This document shows, in pieces, positions 39,869 through 49,747 of a stretch of DNA of 64,000 nucleotides (within the stretch, counting starts at the first letter, position 1; the number at the start of each line of letters is the position of its first letter). The translations under genes and the position numbers were made by a program. The notes under the pieces are model-generated. The model was not told the origin of the DNA. It made no database searches and was given only the letters and a program-made list of their open reading frames with translations. The stretch is from Gemmatimonadota bacterium (GTDB lineage Bacteria; Gemmatimonadota; Gemmatimonadetes; Longimicrobiales; Gaopeijiaceae), in the NCBI GenBank assembly GCA_024638305.1, contig JAHEKN010000001.1, positions 5,542 to 69,541 on the forward strand. Reading direction: 5' to 3'.

Positions 39869-41959
39869 TCACCCGACTTCGAACAGCTGCAGGCGCTCCG
39901 CATAGCGCGTGTCGAGCAGCGTCCGGATCCGGCCATGGTCGGGCGCGTCCAGATCGGGGTCCCGTTCGACCACGGCGCGCGCCCGTCGTTGCGCCTCGAC
40001 CAGGAGGGGCTCGTCGACGGACAGGTCGGCGAAGCTCAGGATGTCCCCGCGTCCGTGCTGGCGAGCGCCGAACAGATCTCCCTGCCCGCGGATGCGGAGA
40101 TCCTCGGCCGCCACCTTGAACCCGTCCTGCGTCTTCCTCAGCACCGCCAGGCGGTCGGCGGCCCGCTCGCCGGGCTCCGCGATCAGCACGCAGTAGCTGT
40201 CGTCCGCCCCACGCCCCACACGTCCGCGCAACTGGTGGAGCTGGGAGAGGCCGAAGCGCTCGGCGTGTTCCACCACCATCACGGTCGCGTTGGGAACGTC
40301 CACGCCGACCTCGACCACGGTGGTGGCCACCAGCACCTGGATCTCGCCCGCCAGGAACCGGTGCATCACGTCGTACTTGTCGTCGGACGACATCTGGCCG
40401 TGCAGCAGTCCGAGCTCCCATTCCCCGAGCGCCTCGGCCAGCTCCGCGCTGGCCTGGGTGGCCGACGCGAGATCGAGCTTGTCGGACTCGTCCACGAGGG
40501 GATAGACGAAATAGGCCTGCCGGCCCGCGCTCAGCTCCCGGCGGACCAGGTCCAGGACTTCACCTTTCTTGGACGGATAGCGCACGAGGGTGCGCACGGG
40601 CTTCCGGCCCGGCGGCAGCTCGTCGATGAGGCTGAGGTCGAGGTCGCCGTAGAGCGCCATCGCGAGCGAACGGGGAATCGGGGTGGCGGACATGACCAGC
40701 GAGTCGGGGTTGTCCCCCTGAGCGCCCAACGCCATGCGTTGCCGTACTCCGAATCGATGCTGTTCGTCGACCACCACCAGGCCGAGTCGGGAGTATGCCA
40801 CGCCCTCCTGGATGAGGGCGTGCGTGCCCACGATCAGCTTGGCCTCACCGGACTCCATCCGCTCGGCCACGTCCCGTCGCTCCGGGGCGGACATCCGGCC
40901 CGTGAGCAGGTCTACGTCGAGTCCCGTGGGGGCCACGTGCTCCGCCAACCGCCTCCGGTGCTGTTCCGCCAGGATCTCCGTGGGAGCCATGAGCACGGCC
41001 TGAAACCCACTCTCCACGGCCAGCAGCATGGCGAAGAGGGCCACGAGGGTCTTGCCGGACCCCACGTCGCCCTGGAGCAGGCGGTTCATGCGGCCCGGAG
41101 AGGTCATGTCCGTGTAGATCTCCCGGAGCACCCGCGCCTGGGCGTCCGTGAGCTCGAACCCGAGCGATTCGTGCACGGGGCGGATGAGCTCGTTGGTCCG
41201 CTCGAAGCGGATGCCGGGTCGCTCGCCCGCTCGCTGCCGCCGGGCCCGGGCCTGCACGAGCTGGAGGAAGAAGAGCTCGTCGTACGCGAGCCGGCGACGC
41301 CCGTCCTCGACCTCGGCGAGGGAGCTCGGACGATGGAGGGCCGTGAGGGCTTCCGGCAGGGACGGAAGCTCGAGCGCAGCCCGGTCTTCCGGCGTGAGAT
41401 ACTCCTCCTCCCCGATCCTCTGGAGCAGCCCGTCCAGGTTGGCGTCGAACACCGTGCGGAGCACCCACTGGGGTAGCTCCTCGGTCGCGGGGTAGCTCAC
41501 GAAGATCCGTCCCGAGCCCTCCTCGAGCCCCGGGTCCGCATCGCGCGCGCGTGCCAGGACCACCATTTCCCGGGGCTGGATCTGGCGACCGTGGAAGAAT
41601 TTCACCGGGCCGCTCACCAGGATGAGATCTCCCTTGTCGATCCTCCGGTCCAACCAGGGCTGCCCCGGCCAGGCACAGGTGATCATGCCGGTCTCGTCCT
41701 GAAGCATCGCCTGGAAAATCCTGAGGCCCGACCGGGTGGGGACGATTCCCTTGCTGCGCACGTGGCCCACCGCGTTCGCGTCCATTCCGACCTCGAGCGA
41801 GCGGATCGGCTGTACCGTGGAGGCGTCGTCGTACCGGCGCGGCACCGTGTAGAGCAGGTCACGCGCGGTGCGGATGCCGACCCTCGCGAACGCTTCCGCG
41901 CGGCGCGGACCCACCCCTTTCAGGAACTGGATCGGCCGGTCGAGGAGAGAGAACGTCAC
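39869..41959 (-). CDS. recG: ATP-dependent DNA helicase RecG
   Basis: An N-terminal wedge/OB region is followed by LLQGDVGSGKTLVA (Walker A), VVDEQHRFGV (DEQH box), and the helicase C motifs QLHQLRGRVGRG. GTG start. Confidence 0.93.
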   Translation of the reverse strand: MTFSLLDRPIQFLKGVGPRRAEAFARVGIRTARDLLYTVPRRYDDASTVQPIRSLEVGMDANAVGHVRSKGIVPTRSGLRIFQAMLQDETGMITCAWPGQPWLDRRIDKGDLILVSGPVKFFHGRQIQPREMVVLARARDADPGLEEGSGRIFVSYPATEELPQWVLRTVFDANLDGLLQRIGEEEYLTPEDRAALELPSLPEALTALHRPSSLAEVEDGRRRLAYDELFFLQLVQARARRQRAGERPGIRFERTNELIRPVHESLGFELTDAQARVLREIYTDMTSPGRMNRLLQGDVGSGKTLVALFAMLLAVESGFQAVLMAPTEILAEQHRRRLAEHVAPTGLDVDLLTGRMSAPERRDVAERMESGEAKLIVGTHALIQEGVAYSRLGLVVVDEQHRFGVRQRMALGAQGDNPDSLVMSATPIPRSLAMALYGDLDLSLIDELPPGRKPVRTLVRYPSKKGEVLDLVRRELSAGRQAYFVYPLVDESDKLDLASATQASAELAEALGEWELGLLHGQMSSDDKYDVMHRFLAGEIQVLVATTVVEVGVDVPNATVMVVEHAERFGLSQLHQLRGRVGRGADDSYCVLIAEPGERAADRLAVLRKTQDGFKVAAEDLRIRGQGDLFGARQHGRGDILSFADLSVDEPLLVEAQRRARAVVERDPDLDAPDHGRIRTLLDTRYAERLQLFEVG

Positions 41960-42001
41960 CTGGCTCGCAGGGTGGGGTTGGTGGGCAGGTCGCCTACAAC
42001 T

Positions 42002-42976
42002 CTATCCCCCGACGACCGACTGCACGAAATCGACGGGGTCGAACTCCGCGAGGTCGTCGAGAGACTCTCCGGTACCGATGAGCTTGACGGGCAGGCCGTA
42101 CTCCTTTGCCAGGGCGACGACCACGCCTCCCTTCCCGGAGCTGTCCATCTTGGCCAGGACGATCCCACTGAGCTCGGTCACGGCCTGGAAGGCCTCGACC
42201 TGTCGGAGCGCGTTCTGACCGACCGTCGCATCCAGCACGATCAGCGTCTCGTGGGGTGCACCCGGGAGCCGCTTTGCGATCACACGATGCACCTTCTCGA
42301 GCTCCGCCATGAGGTGGCGGTGCGTGTGCAGCCTGCCCGCGGTGTCGACCAGAACCACGTCGATCCCGCGGCGCTCGGCAGCGTCGATCGCGTCGTAGGC
42401 GACGGCCGCCGGATCCCCCGCGTCCTGTCCTCCCACGAACTCCGCCCCCACCCGCTCCGCCCATACGCGGAGCTGCTCCACCGCCCCCGCGCGGAAGGTA
42501 TCGGCGGCGGCCAGCAACACCGAGCGACCCTCTGCCCGCACTCGCTGCGCGACCTTGGCCACGGTGGTGGTCTTGCCGACCCCGTTCACCCCCACGAACA
42601 GGTAGACCGTGGGGCCCTCGGGCGCGCTCCGGAGCTCCGGTTGGGCGACCTCGTTCAGGATCTCCCGGATCCCGCCCCCGAGAGCCCGTGCCAGACCGTC
42701 GCTCCGCACGCGGCCCGTCCGGTTGAGCTCCTCGACCCGGTCGACGAGCGCGAGGGACGCGTCGACGCCGAAGTCGGCGGCGATGAGCTGCTCTTCGAGC
42801 CGCTCCAGCCCGGATTGGTCTACACCGGTTACCGCAACGCGTACGTCGGTGTTGGCGAAGTCGACGACCCGTTGCCAGAGCCCCTTCCGCTTGCCGGCCT
42901 TCTTTCGAAAGAGCCGTGCCACTACGCGATCGGCCCCTCGGCTTCCGTCCTCGCGGTCATCTGAGCCCCCGCTCAC
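42002..42976 (-). CDS. ftsY: Signal recognition particle receptor FtsY
   Basis: VYLFVGVNGVGKTTTVAKVA (G1), LVDTAGRL (G3), VLAKMDSSGKGG (G4). The start is uncertain: GTG at 42976 overlaps the upstream gene by 20 nt, and GTG at 42922 is the alternative. Confidence 0.9.
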   Translation of the reverse strand: MSGGSDDREDGSRGADRVVARLFRKKAGKRKGLWQRVVDFANTDVRVAVTGVDQSGLERLEEQLIAADFGVDASLALVDRVEELNRTGRVRSDGLARALGGGIREILNEVAQPELRSAPEGPTVYLFVGVNGVGKTTTVAKVAQRVRAEGRSVLLAAADTFRAGAVEQLRVWAERVGAEFVGGQDAGDPAAVAYDAIDAAERRGIDVVLVDTAGRLHTHRHLMAELEKVHRVIAKRLPGAPHETLIVLDATVGQNALRQVEAFQAVTELSGIVLAKMDSSGKGGVVVALAKEYGLPVKLIGTGESLDDLAEFDPVDFVQSVVGG

Positions 42977-44921
42977 GGCGGAGGAACCACTCGAGGGACA
43001 GCGCCGCCATGAGCAAGAGGTAGGGGACGGGGCTGGTGCGCAGCCGGCGCCCCGCCACCCGGGTGGATCCGCTCACGCCTGCGGTGCGGACGACGGTCTC
43101 GGGATCCGCGACGGGCCAGCGGAGCTCGGGGACGAACCGCTCAACGTCGAAGCGGCCCTGCCCCAGCGAGCCCACCTCGCCCTCTGCGGCGACCCGGTAC
43201 TGGTACGCGCCGGGAGGGAGTGGCGCCGAGCGCGCCTGACCGGTCGCGCCGATCGTGAGCACGGTGTCGGTGACCACACTGTCCGCCGCTTCCACCGTGA
43301 AGCGCAGCCGGCCGCCCTCGTGGCCCGCCGCCCGCCAGGCAACCGGCTGCCCGCGCGGAACCACGCTGGCCTCCGGGCCCACGTCGGCGGTCGCCACCCT
43401 CACCTGGCCTCCGATCGCCCAGCCCGCCAGTGCGGACCACACGCGTCGATACGCCGCCAGGGCCGCGCCCCCGCGGAAGGCCCACCGCCAGAGTCCCCCG
43501 GCCAGAACCACCACCCGCCGCCGCTCTCCGGCCGCGCTGACCACCACGACCGCCTCCCTGGGGCCGCCCACGGACCGCCCCGCGTACAGGGCGGCGGGCC
43601 AGCCGGTGGTGCCCGCGATCGGAAGAATCGGCCCGAGCGGCGGCAGGCCCTCGGGGTCGAGCCCGGTCAGCTCGGCGGTGACCGGCGAGGGCGGAAGCGT
43701 CCCGTCCACGTACCACTCGCCCCCGACCGCCCGCCCCGTGGACAGATCCACCAACCCGGCGCCCTCGGCCGTGGTCGGAATGAGAATGAGGCGCGCCGCG
43801 CCGTTCGTGAGCGAGCGCAGCCACGGATCGTCCTCCCCCACGCCGTGGAGCACCACGAGGTCGGCGGTGCCCGCCCTCCGCCGCACCGCGCCGCTGTCGG
43901 CGGGGGGGAGCGCCGTCCCCTCCGGTGTCGACATCCTGAGGAACCGGCCCCCGGAGACGTCGAGGTAGCCCTCGGGCGCCAGTCCGGTGATGTCGGCCAA
44001 GGTCGGCAGGAGGAACCGGGGCTCCCAGTCCGGCGCCCTGGAGACCAGCACGAGCCCACCCCGTCGGCGGTCCGTTCGAACGTACGCGACGCGCTCGTCG
44101 TCCTCGGCGAACGCATCTCCGTCCAGGCTGGCCGTGACCTGGTAGCGGTGGAGCTCGAGGTCCCCTGCCGGGCTCGGAAGGGGGATCCGCACGCGGCGGA
44201 GAGCTCCCGCTCCCGGTGCGGCCACGACGGCAGCACCGACCAGACGGCCCTCGTCGCGAACTTCGATCCTCACGCTGTCCCCACCGTCCACACTCGAGGC
44301 GAACACGGCCACCTCGGCGCTGGCGGTGTCACCGGTCGCGATGTAGTCGGGGAATAGGGCCTCGGCGATCCCGACGTTCGGGAGATCGGAGCCGACCGGA
44401 TGGAGGCCGGCTCTCATCCCAGCCACGTCCACCAGAGCGAGCGCCTCCACCAGATCCGTCAGCCTGAAGTCGCTCACGATGCGGACCGCGGGCGCCCCAC
44501 CCTCGGCCGCAATGCGAACGGCGTCGGCGAGCCGGGACGCCGGACCCAACGGCTGTGCGCTCTCCAAGGGCCCGTCGAGCGGGCGGGCGACGGATGAGAA
44601 GAGGATGGTCCGGCCCGCCGAGCGGACCGCTGGCAGCGCCAGGGCCTCGTCCCAACCGCTCTCTCCGTCCGGGGGTGTGGCGCCCATGCTCAGCGACGCG
44701 TCCAGCAGCAGCCATTCGCCGGCGGTGCCTCCGGGTGCGCCCGACCCGGGGATTCGCGGGTTTATGAGCAACAGCGCCGTAAGCGCCAGCACCAAGGCAC
44801 GGAGCGCCGTGAGGAAGTCCGTCCCGGCAACGCGCACCTCGCGGCGGCGATAGGTCCAGAGGGCGAATCCGACAGCGGCCAGGGCGGCGGCCACCACCCC
44901 GAGACCGGTGAGTGCCGTCAC
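42957..44921 (-). CDS. Double-anchored membrane protein with VWA-like DxSxS motif (BatA-N-like N-terminus), unknown function
   Basis: 654 aa. The N-terminus has two TM helices separated by a basic stretch (GLGVVAAALAAVGFALWTYRRRE...LRALVLALTALLLINP). This is followed by WLLLDASLSMG, a MIDAS-like DxSxS motif. The C-terminal TM plus basic tail is PVPYLLLMAALSLEWFLRRERGLR. GTG start. Confidence 0.5.
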   Translation of the reverse strand: MTALTGLGVVAAALAAVGFALWTYRRREVRVAGTDFLTALRALVLALTALLLINPRIPGSGAPGGTAGEWLLLDASLSMGATPPDGESGWDEALALPAVRSAGRTILFSSVARPLDGPLESAQPLGPASRLADAVRIAAEGGAPAVRIVSDFRLTDLVEALALVDVAGMRAGLHPVGSDLPNVGIAEALFPDYIATGDTASAEVAVFASSVDGGDSVRIEVRDEGRLVGAAVVAAPGAGALRRVRIPLPSPAGDLELHRYQVTASLDGDAFAEDDERVAYVRTDRRRGGLVLVSRAPDWEPRFLLPTLADITGLAPEGYLDVSGGRFLRMSTPEGTALPPADSGAVRRRAGTADLVVLHGVGEDDPWLRSLTNGAARLILIPTTAEGAGLVDLSTGRAVGGEWYVDGTLPPSPVTAELTGLDPEGLPPLGPILPIAGTTGWPAALYAGRSVGGPREAVVVVSAAGERRRVVVLAGGLWRWAFRGGAALAAYRRVWSALAGWAIGGQVRVATADVGPEASVVPRGQPVAWRAAGHEGGRLRFTVEAADSVVTDTVLTIGATGQARSAPLPPGAYQYRVAAEGEVGSLGQGRFDVERFVPELRWPVADPETVVRTAGVSGSTRVAGRRLRTSPVPYLLLMAALSLEWFLRRERGLR

Positions 44922-44937
44922 CCCCGTCCCCGCAGGA

Positions 44938-46257
44938 TCACGTACCGCCCTCGGTCCGCACCCGCTCGTTCAGGGCCTGGGCCTCCTCGTCGGTGAGGTC
45001 GGCGATCGTGGGCGGTGCTTCGCGCGGTAGCTGCTCGATCAAGGCGAGGTGCGCGGCCCTCGACGTCTGCCAGATGTCCCAGGCTTCCTCCGGCACGGGG
45101 TCGCCCGCCGGAAGATCCACGGCGAGGGGATCCAGAGCCCGTCCCCCCCGGTGCATCTCGTAGTGCAGATGGGGGCCGGTGGCCAGACCCGTCATGCCCA
45201 CATAGCCGATGACCTGTCCCTGCGTCACGCGGTCCCCGACGTTGATTCCCGACGCGAACCGACTCATGTGCCCGTAGCGGGTGGTGAACCCGTTGCCGTG
45301 CCTCAGCTCGATCGCGTTTCCGAGCTGACCCAGCCTCCCTCTGCGGAGCACCGTGCCATCCGCGGTCGCCATGATCGGGGTGCCACGGTCGGCCGCGTAG
45401 TCGATCCCCCGATGGGCGCGCCAGCGCTGCAGGATCGGGTGAAAGCGCCCAGAAGAGAACCTGGAGGAGATGCGGCGGAACTCGAGCGGCTTCGTCAGGA
45501 ACGCACGTCGGACGGACAGGCCATCCCCGTCGAAGTACGAACCCTCTCCGTCACCCGAGGGATCGAAGTAGATCGCTTGAATTGCGGTCCCGGAGTTGAC
45601 CAGCTCGGCCGCGAGTAGCATTGCGCTCCGCATGGAGCCGTCGGGCCTCACCACGCGCTCGAACGCGAACCGGTAGAAGTCGCCCTCCTGAATCTGCCTC
45701 GAGAAATCGACCTGCCACTGGAAGACCTGGTCCAGCCGGTGGATGAGCTGGGCGCGGTCCCCCGTCGTCATCGACCCGAGGGCCGCGTTCCCGTCGACGG
45801 CGTTCCAGAGCACGTCGGTAATGGTTCCGGCCGCGAAGACCGTGTCCACCCAGACCGGCGTCTCGACCAGCTGCGAGCGCCAGCCGCCGTCGGACCGCAC
45901 GATGCGGACGGTCTCGTCGGGAGAGAGCTCGATGTCGACGGCGCGGAGCGACCCGTCGTCCCGGCGGCGCTTGAGGACGATCTCGGTGCCGTCACGCATC
46001 CGGCGGGCGCTGGCGTGCTCCGAGAAGGACAGCAGCACCGCCCGCTGCTCGGCGAGCGACATGCGGGCCCCCTCCAGGAGCTCGCCCAGCGTCTGACCCG
46101 GGCGCAACTCCTCTACCGAGACGACCTCGGCCGGAACCGCGAACTGCACCGGAAGCATGCCCGCTTCCACGGCTCGGCCGCTCGCTGCGCCCACACCCAT
46201 CCAGGCGCCCGCGGCGACCAGCGACACGGCGAGCGCCGTCGGCAGGAATCTGCGCAT
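44938..46257 (-). CDS. M23-family metallopeptidase (LytM/EnvC-like)
   Basis: HRGIDYAADRGTPIMATADGTV...TRYGHMSRF...GMTGLATGPHLHYEM are the HxxxD and HxH zinc motifs. The signal peptide is MRRFLPTALAVSLVAAGAW. ATG at 46257 is preceded by TTGGAGGACC. Confidence 0.88.
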   Translation of the reverse strand: MRRFLPTALAVSLVAAGAWMGVGAASGRAVEAGMLPVQFAVPAEVVSVEELRPGQTLGELLEGARMSLAEQRAVLLSFSEHASARRMRDGTEIVLKRRRDDGSLRAVDIELSPDETVRIVRSDGGWRSQLVETPVWVDTVFAAGTITDVLWNAVDGNAALGSMTTGDRAQLIHRLDQVFQWQVDFSRQIQEGDFYRFAFERVVRPDGSMRSAMLLAAELVNSGTAIQAIYFDPSGDGEGSYFDGDGLSVRRAFLTKPLEFRRISSRFSSGRFHPILQRWRAHRGIDYAADRGTPIMATADGTVLRRGRLGQLGNAIELRHGNGFTTRYGHMSRFASGINVGDRVTQGQVIGYVGMTGLATGPHLHYEMHRGGRALDPLAVDLPAGDPVPEEAWDIWQTSRAAHLALIEQLPREAPPTIADLTDEEAQALNERVRTEGGT

Positions 46258-46315
46258 GGTCCTCCAAGATGCAGCCGCCAGACGGAGCGGGTCCTCCACC
46301 TGGCGGAAGAGGACC

Positions 46316-47488
46316 TCAGTCCATCTGGCGGCGAATGAACGTCGGGATGTCTAGCTCACCGAGCTGGTCCCTGGTGACCACCCTCTCGGGAAAGCGCCGA
46401 AACGGCGTCACCTCGGACTCCGCAGGTCTCGGCGGTGCCTCCACCGGCCGTCCCGCGACCGCCACCGCCTTGCGCGGCGCCGATTGCGGCTTGAACTCCG
46501 GTCGAATCACCGAGCCCGCTTCGCCCGTCGTCTGATCGAAGCCGGTCGCGATGACGGTGACGCGAACCTGGCCCTCGAGGGCCGGATCGTGCACCGCTCC
46601 GAAGATGATCTCGGCTTCGTCCCCGGCCTCCTGCTGGATAATCGTAGAGATCTGGGTGACCTCGTCAATGGCAAGGTCCATTCCACCCGTGATGTTGATG
46701 AGGACGCCCTTGGCGCCGCCGATCGAGACATTGTCGAGCAGGGGCGACGAGATTGCCTCCTGTGCGGCCTCCTGGGAGCGATTCTCGCCTTGGCCGAAGC
46801 CGGACCCCATGAGCGCGGGACCCCGGGACGCCATGATCGTCCGCACGTCGGCGAAGTCGACGTTGACCTCGCCGGAGACGCGGATCAGATCGCTGATGCC
46901 CTGTGTGGCGTGGAGCAGCACCTCATCGGCCTTCTTGAGCGCGTCCCGGAACGACGTGCCCTTCCCGACGACGGAGAGGATGCGGTCGTTGGGGACCACG
47001 ATCATGGTGTCGACCGCGCGGCGTAGTTCCTGAAGCCCCTGCTCCGCCTGCTTCATGCGCTGGCGCCCCTCGAACGAGAAGGGCCGCGTCACCACGGCGA
47101 TCGTCAGCGCCCCCAGCTCGCGCGCGATCTCTCCCACGAGCGGTGCCCCGCCCGTGCCCGTCCCGCCCCCCATCCCGGCGGTCACGAAGACGAGGTCGCA
47201 TCCGCTCAGGAGGCCGCGGATCTCGTCCGCGCTCTCCGCGATGGCCTGCCGGCCGATCTCCGGCCGGGCGCCCGCGCCCAGTCCCCGGGTGAGCTTCTTG
47301 CCCAACTGCACCGTGACCGCGGCTCGCGATTGCTTCAGGGCCTGGGCGTCGGTGTTGGCGGAGACGAAGTCGACTCCGTCCAGATCCTCGTCGACCATGC
47401 GGTTGACGGCGTTTCCACCGGCTCCTCCGACACCGATCACGACCATCCGTGCCGGACGCGCTTCGGTGTCTTCGAACTCAAAGATCAT
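46316..47488 (-). CDS. ftsZ: Cell division protein FtsZ
   Basis: MVVIGVGGAGGNAVNRM...GLGAGARPEIG...VTAGMGGGTGTGGAP (tubulin signature). The C-terminal peptide is DIPTFIRRQ. ATG at 47488 is preceded by GGAGGAAGAG. The alternatives at 47536 and 47599 lack an SD. Confidence 0.93.
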   Translation of the reverse strand: MIFEFEDTEARPARMVVIGVGGAGGNAVNRMVDEDLDGVDFVSANTDAQALKQSRAAVTVQLGKKLTRGLGAGARPEIGRQAIAESADEIRGLLSGCDLVFVTAGMGGGTGTGGAPLVGEIARELGALTIAVVTRPFSFEGRQRMKQAEQGLQELRRAVDTMIVVPNDRILSVVGKGTSFRDALKKADEVLLHATQGISDLIRVSGEVNVDFADVRTIMASRGPALMGSGFGQGENRSQEAAQEAISSPLLDNVSIGGAKGVLINITGGMDLAIDEVTQISTIIQQEAGDEAEIIFGAVHDPALEGQVRVTVIATGFDQTTGEAGSVIRPEFKPQSAPRKAVAVAGRPVEAPPRPAESEVTPFRRFPERVVTRDQLGELDIPTFIRRQMD

Positions 47489-47627
47489 CGGACTCTCTTC
47501 CTCCGGTCCATTCAGGGCATCCTCTCGTGAATCCATCGTTCGTGCGTCGTCTCCTCGAGCCGGGCCACAACATATGGTGTACCCGACCCATAACACCACC
47601 CGTATCCGGGGTTCCGGCAGCCAGAGA

Positions 47628-48863
47628 TCAAAAGAACTCCCGCAGCCAGGAACCCACCTTCGCGGCTACCCCTGACGCGTACGTGGACGCGCCCTCGCCC
47701 GTCTCGTAGAACCGGTCCGCGCCCCGTAGGGCCAGGCCGGTGGCGGTGGCGAATCGGGGTCGAGCCACCGCCTCGGACATCCCCACGAGGCACTCGCGGG
47801 GGAACCCGATGCGCACCGGAGCGGCGAACACGCGGCTCGCCAGCTCCAGCACGCCGGGCAGGTCGGCCCCACCTCCGGTGAGCACCACACCGGCGCCCAG
47901 GCGGAAGATGAGACCGGTCTTGGTCAGCTCCTGCTGGACGAGCCCCAGGATCTCGTCCAGGCGCTGCTCGATGATGTGCGCGATGAGCTCGCGCGGGACC
48001 TCGCGCAGCTCCCCCGGCGCGGGGCTGGGTAGCTGGACGACCTCCTTGGGATCGACCAGATCGGCAGCGGCCACGCCGTAGCGCTCCTTGGCGCGCTCGG
48101 CCTCGGCGAACGGGATGGACAGGCCCCGCGCGAGGTCGGTGGTGACGGTCATCCCACCCAGGGGGAAGATGCGGACGTGCCGGATCTTCCCCTCGCAGTA
48201 GACGGCCAGGTCGGTGGTCCCGCCGCCAAGCTCCACCATGGCGACACCCACTTCTTTCTCGTCCTCGGTGAGTACGGCTCGTGCCGAGGCCAGCGGCTCG
48301 AGCTCCAGCCGCTGCACTCGGTACCCGGCCTTCTGGACGGCCCGCCGAATGTTCTCCGCCGCGGTCGTGCCCCCGGTGATCAAGTAGAGCTCGGTCTCGA
48401 GGCGGGTTGCCGTCATGCCTCGGGGATCGACGATTCCGGACTGATGATCCACGCGGTACTCCTGCGGGATCGCATGAACCAGCTCCCGGTTCGGCCCGAA
48501 TGCGACCGCCCGGGCCACCTCGTGCACGCGCTCGACGTCGCCCCGGTCGATCTCCTCCCCGTGGATGGCCACGATCCCGAGCGAGCCGCTGGCCTCGATG
48601 TGCGCTCCCGATATCCCCGCGTACACGCGGTCGACGCTGTGCCCCGACATGAGCTCCGCCCCCTGTAGGGCGGTGCGTATGGTGTCGGTGGTCTCCTCGA
48701 TGTGCGTCACGACGTCACCGCGCATGCCTTCGGTCTTGGCCTGGCCCACTCCCACCACCTGAATCGAGGCGCGCCCCCTGGGGTCGGGAGAGACTTCGGC
48801 GATCACCGCACACGTCTTGGTGGTGCCGATGTCGAGCCCCGCGATGAGGTTGCTGCGGATCAT
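47628..48863 (-). CDS. ftsA: Cell division protein FtsA
   Basis: MIRSNLIAGLDIGTTKTCAVIAEV (actin-like phosphate-1 motif), LELGGGTTDLAV. ATG at 48863 gives an ATGA overlap with the ftsQ stop. ATG at 48872 (MDQMIRS) is equally possible. Confidence 0.9.
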   Translation of the reverse strand: MIRSNLIAGLDIGTTKTCAVIAEVSPDPRGRASIQVVGVGQAKTEGMRGDVVTHIEETTDTIRTALQGAELMSGHSVDRVYAGISGAHIEASGSLGIVAIHGEEIDRGDVERVHEVARAVAFGPNRELVHAIPQEYRVDHQSGIVDPRGMTATRLETELYLITGGTTAAENIRRAVQKAGYRVQRLELEPLASARAVLTEDEKEVGVAMVELGGGTTDLAVYCEGKIRHVRIFPLGGMTVTTDLARGLSIPFAEAERAKERYGVAAADLVDPKEVVQLPSPAPGELREVPRELIAHIIEQRLDEILGLVQQELTKTGLIFRLGAGVVLTGGGADLPGVLELASRVFAAPVRIGFPRECLVGMSEAVARPRFATATGLALRGADRFYETGEGASTYASGVAAKVGSWLREFF

Positions 48864-49747
48864 CTGGTCCATCCGTGCGAAGGAGCATCGTCGAAACCGA
48901 CCACGACCTGGTCGGGGAAGCGTAGATCGAGCATGCGCGGCTGCGCCCCACGGCGGCTGCGGGCATCCGCGAGAGCCCGGACCCCCATGGCCAACCATTC
49001 CTCGGTGGACGGGGCGCGGTATCGCACCGTGACCTCGGGCGAGAACAGCTCGATGACCACCGACCCGCTGGCGTCGAGGCCGATGGTGGACACCCGTGCC
49101 GCCAGCTCGGGGTTGATGTCCCTGAGGCGGACGGCCTCCTCGATCAGTGTCGCAAGGGCGACACTGGACGTGAAGTCCGGATGCTCCGGGTCCAACGACA
49201 CTCGGAGGAGCGGGAGGTCCAGCCGCTGCTCGGCGGGGTCGAGGGGCAGGATACGTCCCTGCCGGTCGACCGGACGGAGGGTCGGAGTCGGCACCAGAGC
49301 GACCGGCTCCGACTCGGTCACCTCGAGCACGAGGGTGTGGGGAAGCCGCTTCCGCACGCCGACCCGGACGACCAGTGGGTGGTACTCGAGCCGCTCGATC
49401 AACGGAGCAGGGTCGTCCCAGACGCTGGCCTCCGTATCGATTGCCGCCAGCGCGAGTACCGCTTCCCGATCGAGGTATTCGATCCCTTCGACCTCGACGG
49501 TGGTCACGCGGAAGAGCTCCATTTCCGCCACGGCCGCGCCGAGTCGGCTCGCGCCCAGCGAACCCGCGACCACAGCGACCGCGAGCACGATCAGCCCGAG
49601 AGCGGGGCGGACGAAGCGACGGGCGCGGGACGCGTCGTGGCGCCGCCGCGACCGCCGCCCTCCTTTCGACTTCGACCGGCCCGGCCTCGATGGCCGGCTC
49701 GCCGACGAACCGCGCCGGCGGCCACTGCCGCTCCTGCCGCTGCTCAT
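48860..49747 (-). CDS. ftsQ: Cell division protein FtsQ (POTRA domain) with Arg/Ser-rich N-terminal tail
   Basis: The last 295 codons of the chimeric ORF 48860..51244. The order is a basic tail, a single TM (ALGLIVLAVAVVAGSLG), then the POTRA region LFRVTTVEVEGIEYLDREAVLA...VVRVGVRKRLPHTLVLEVTESEPVA. ATGA overlap with the murC stop. Confidence 0.8.
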   Translation of the reverse strand: MSSGRSGSGRRRGSSASRPSRPGRSKSKGGRRSRRRHDASRARRFVRPALGLIVLAVAVVAGSLGASRLGAAVAEMELFRVTTVEVEGIEYLDREAVLALAAIDTEASVWDDPAPLIERLEYHPLVVRVGVRKRLPHTLVLEVTESEPVALVPTPTLRPVDRQGRILPLDPAEQRLDLPLLRVSLDPEHPDFTSSVALATLIEEAVRLRDINPELAARVSTIGLDASGSVVIELFSPEVTVRYRAPSTEEWLAMGVRALADARSRRGAQPRMLDLRFPDQVVVGFDDAPSHGWTR

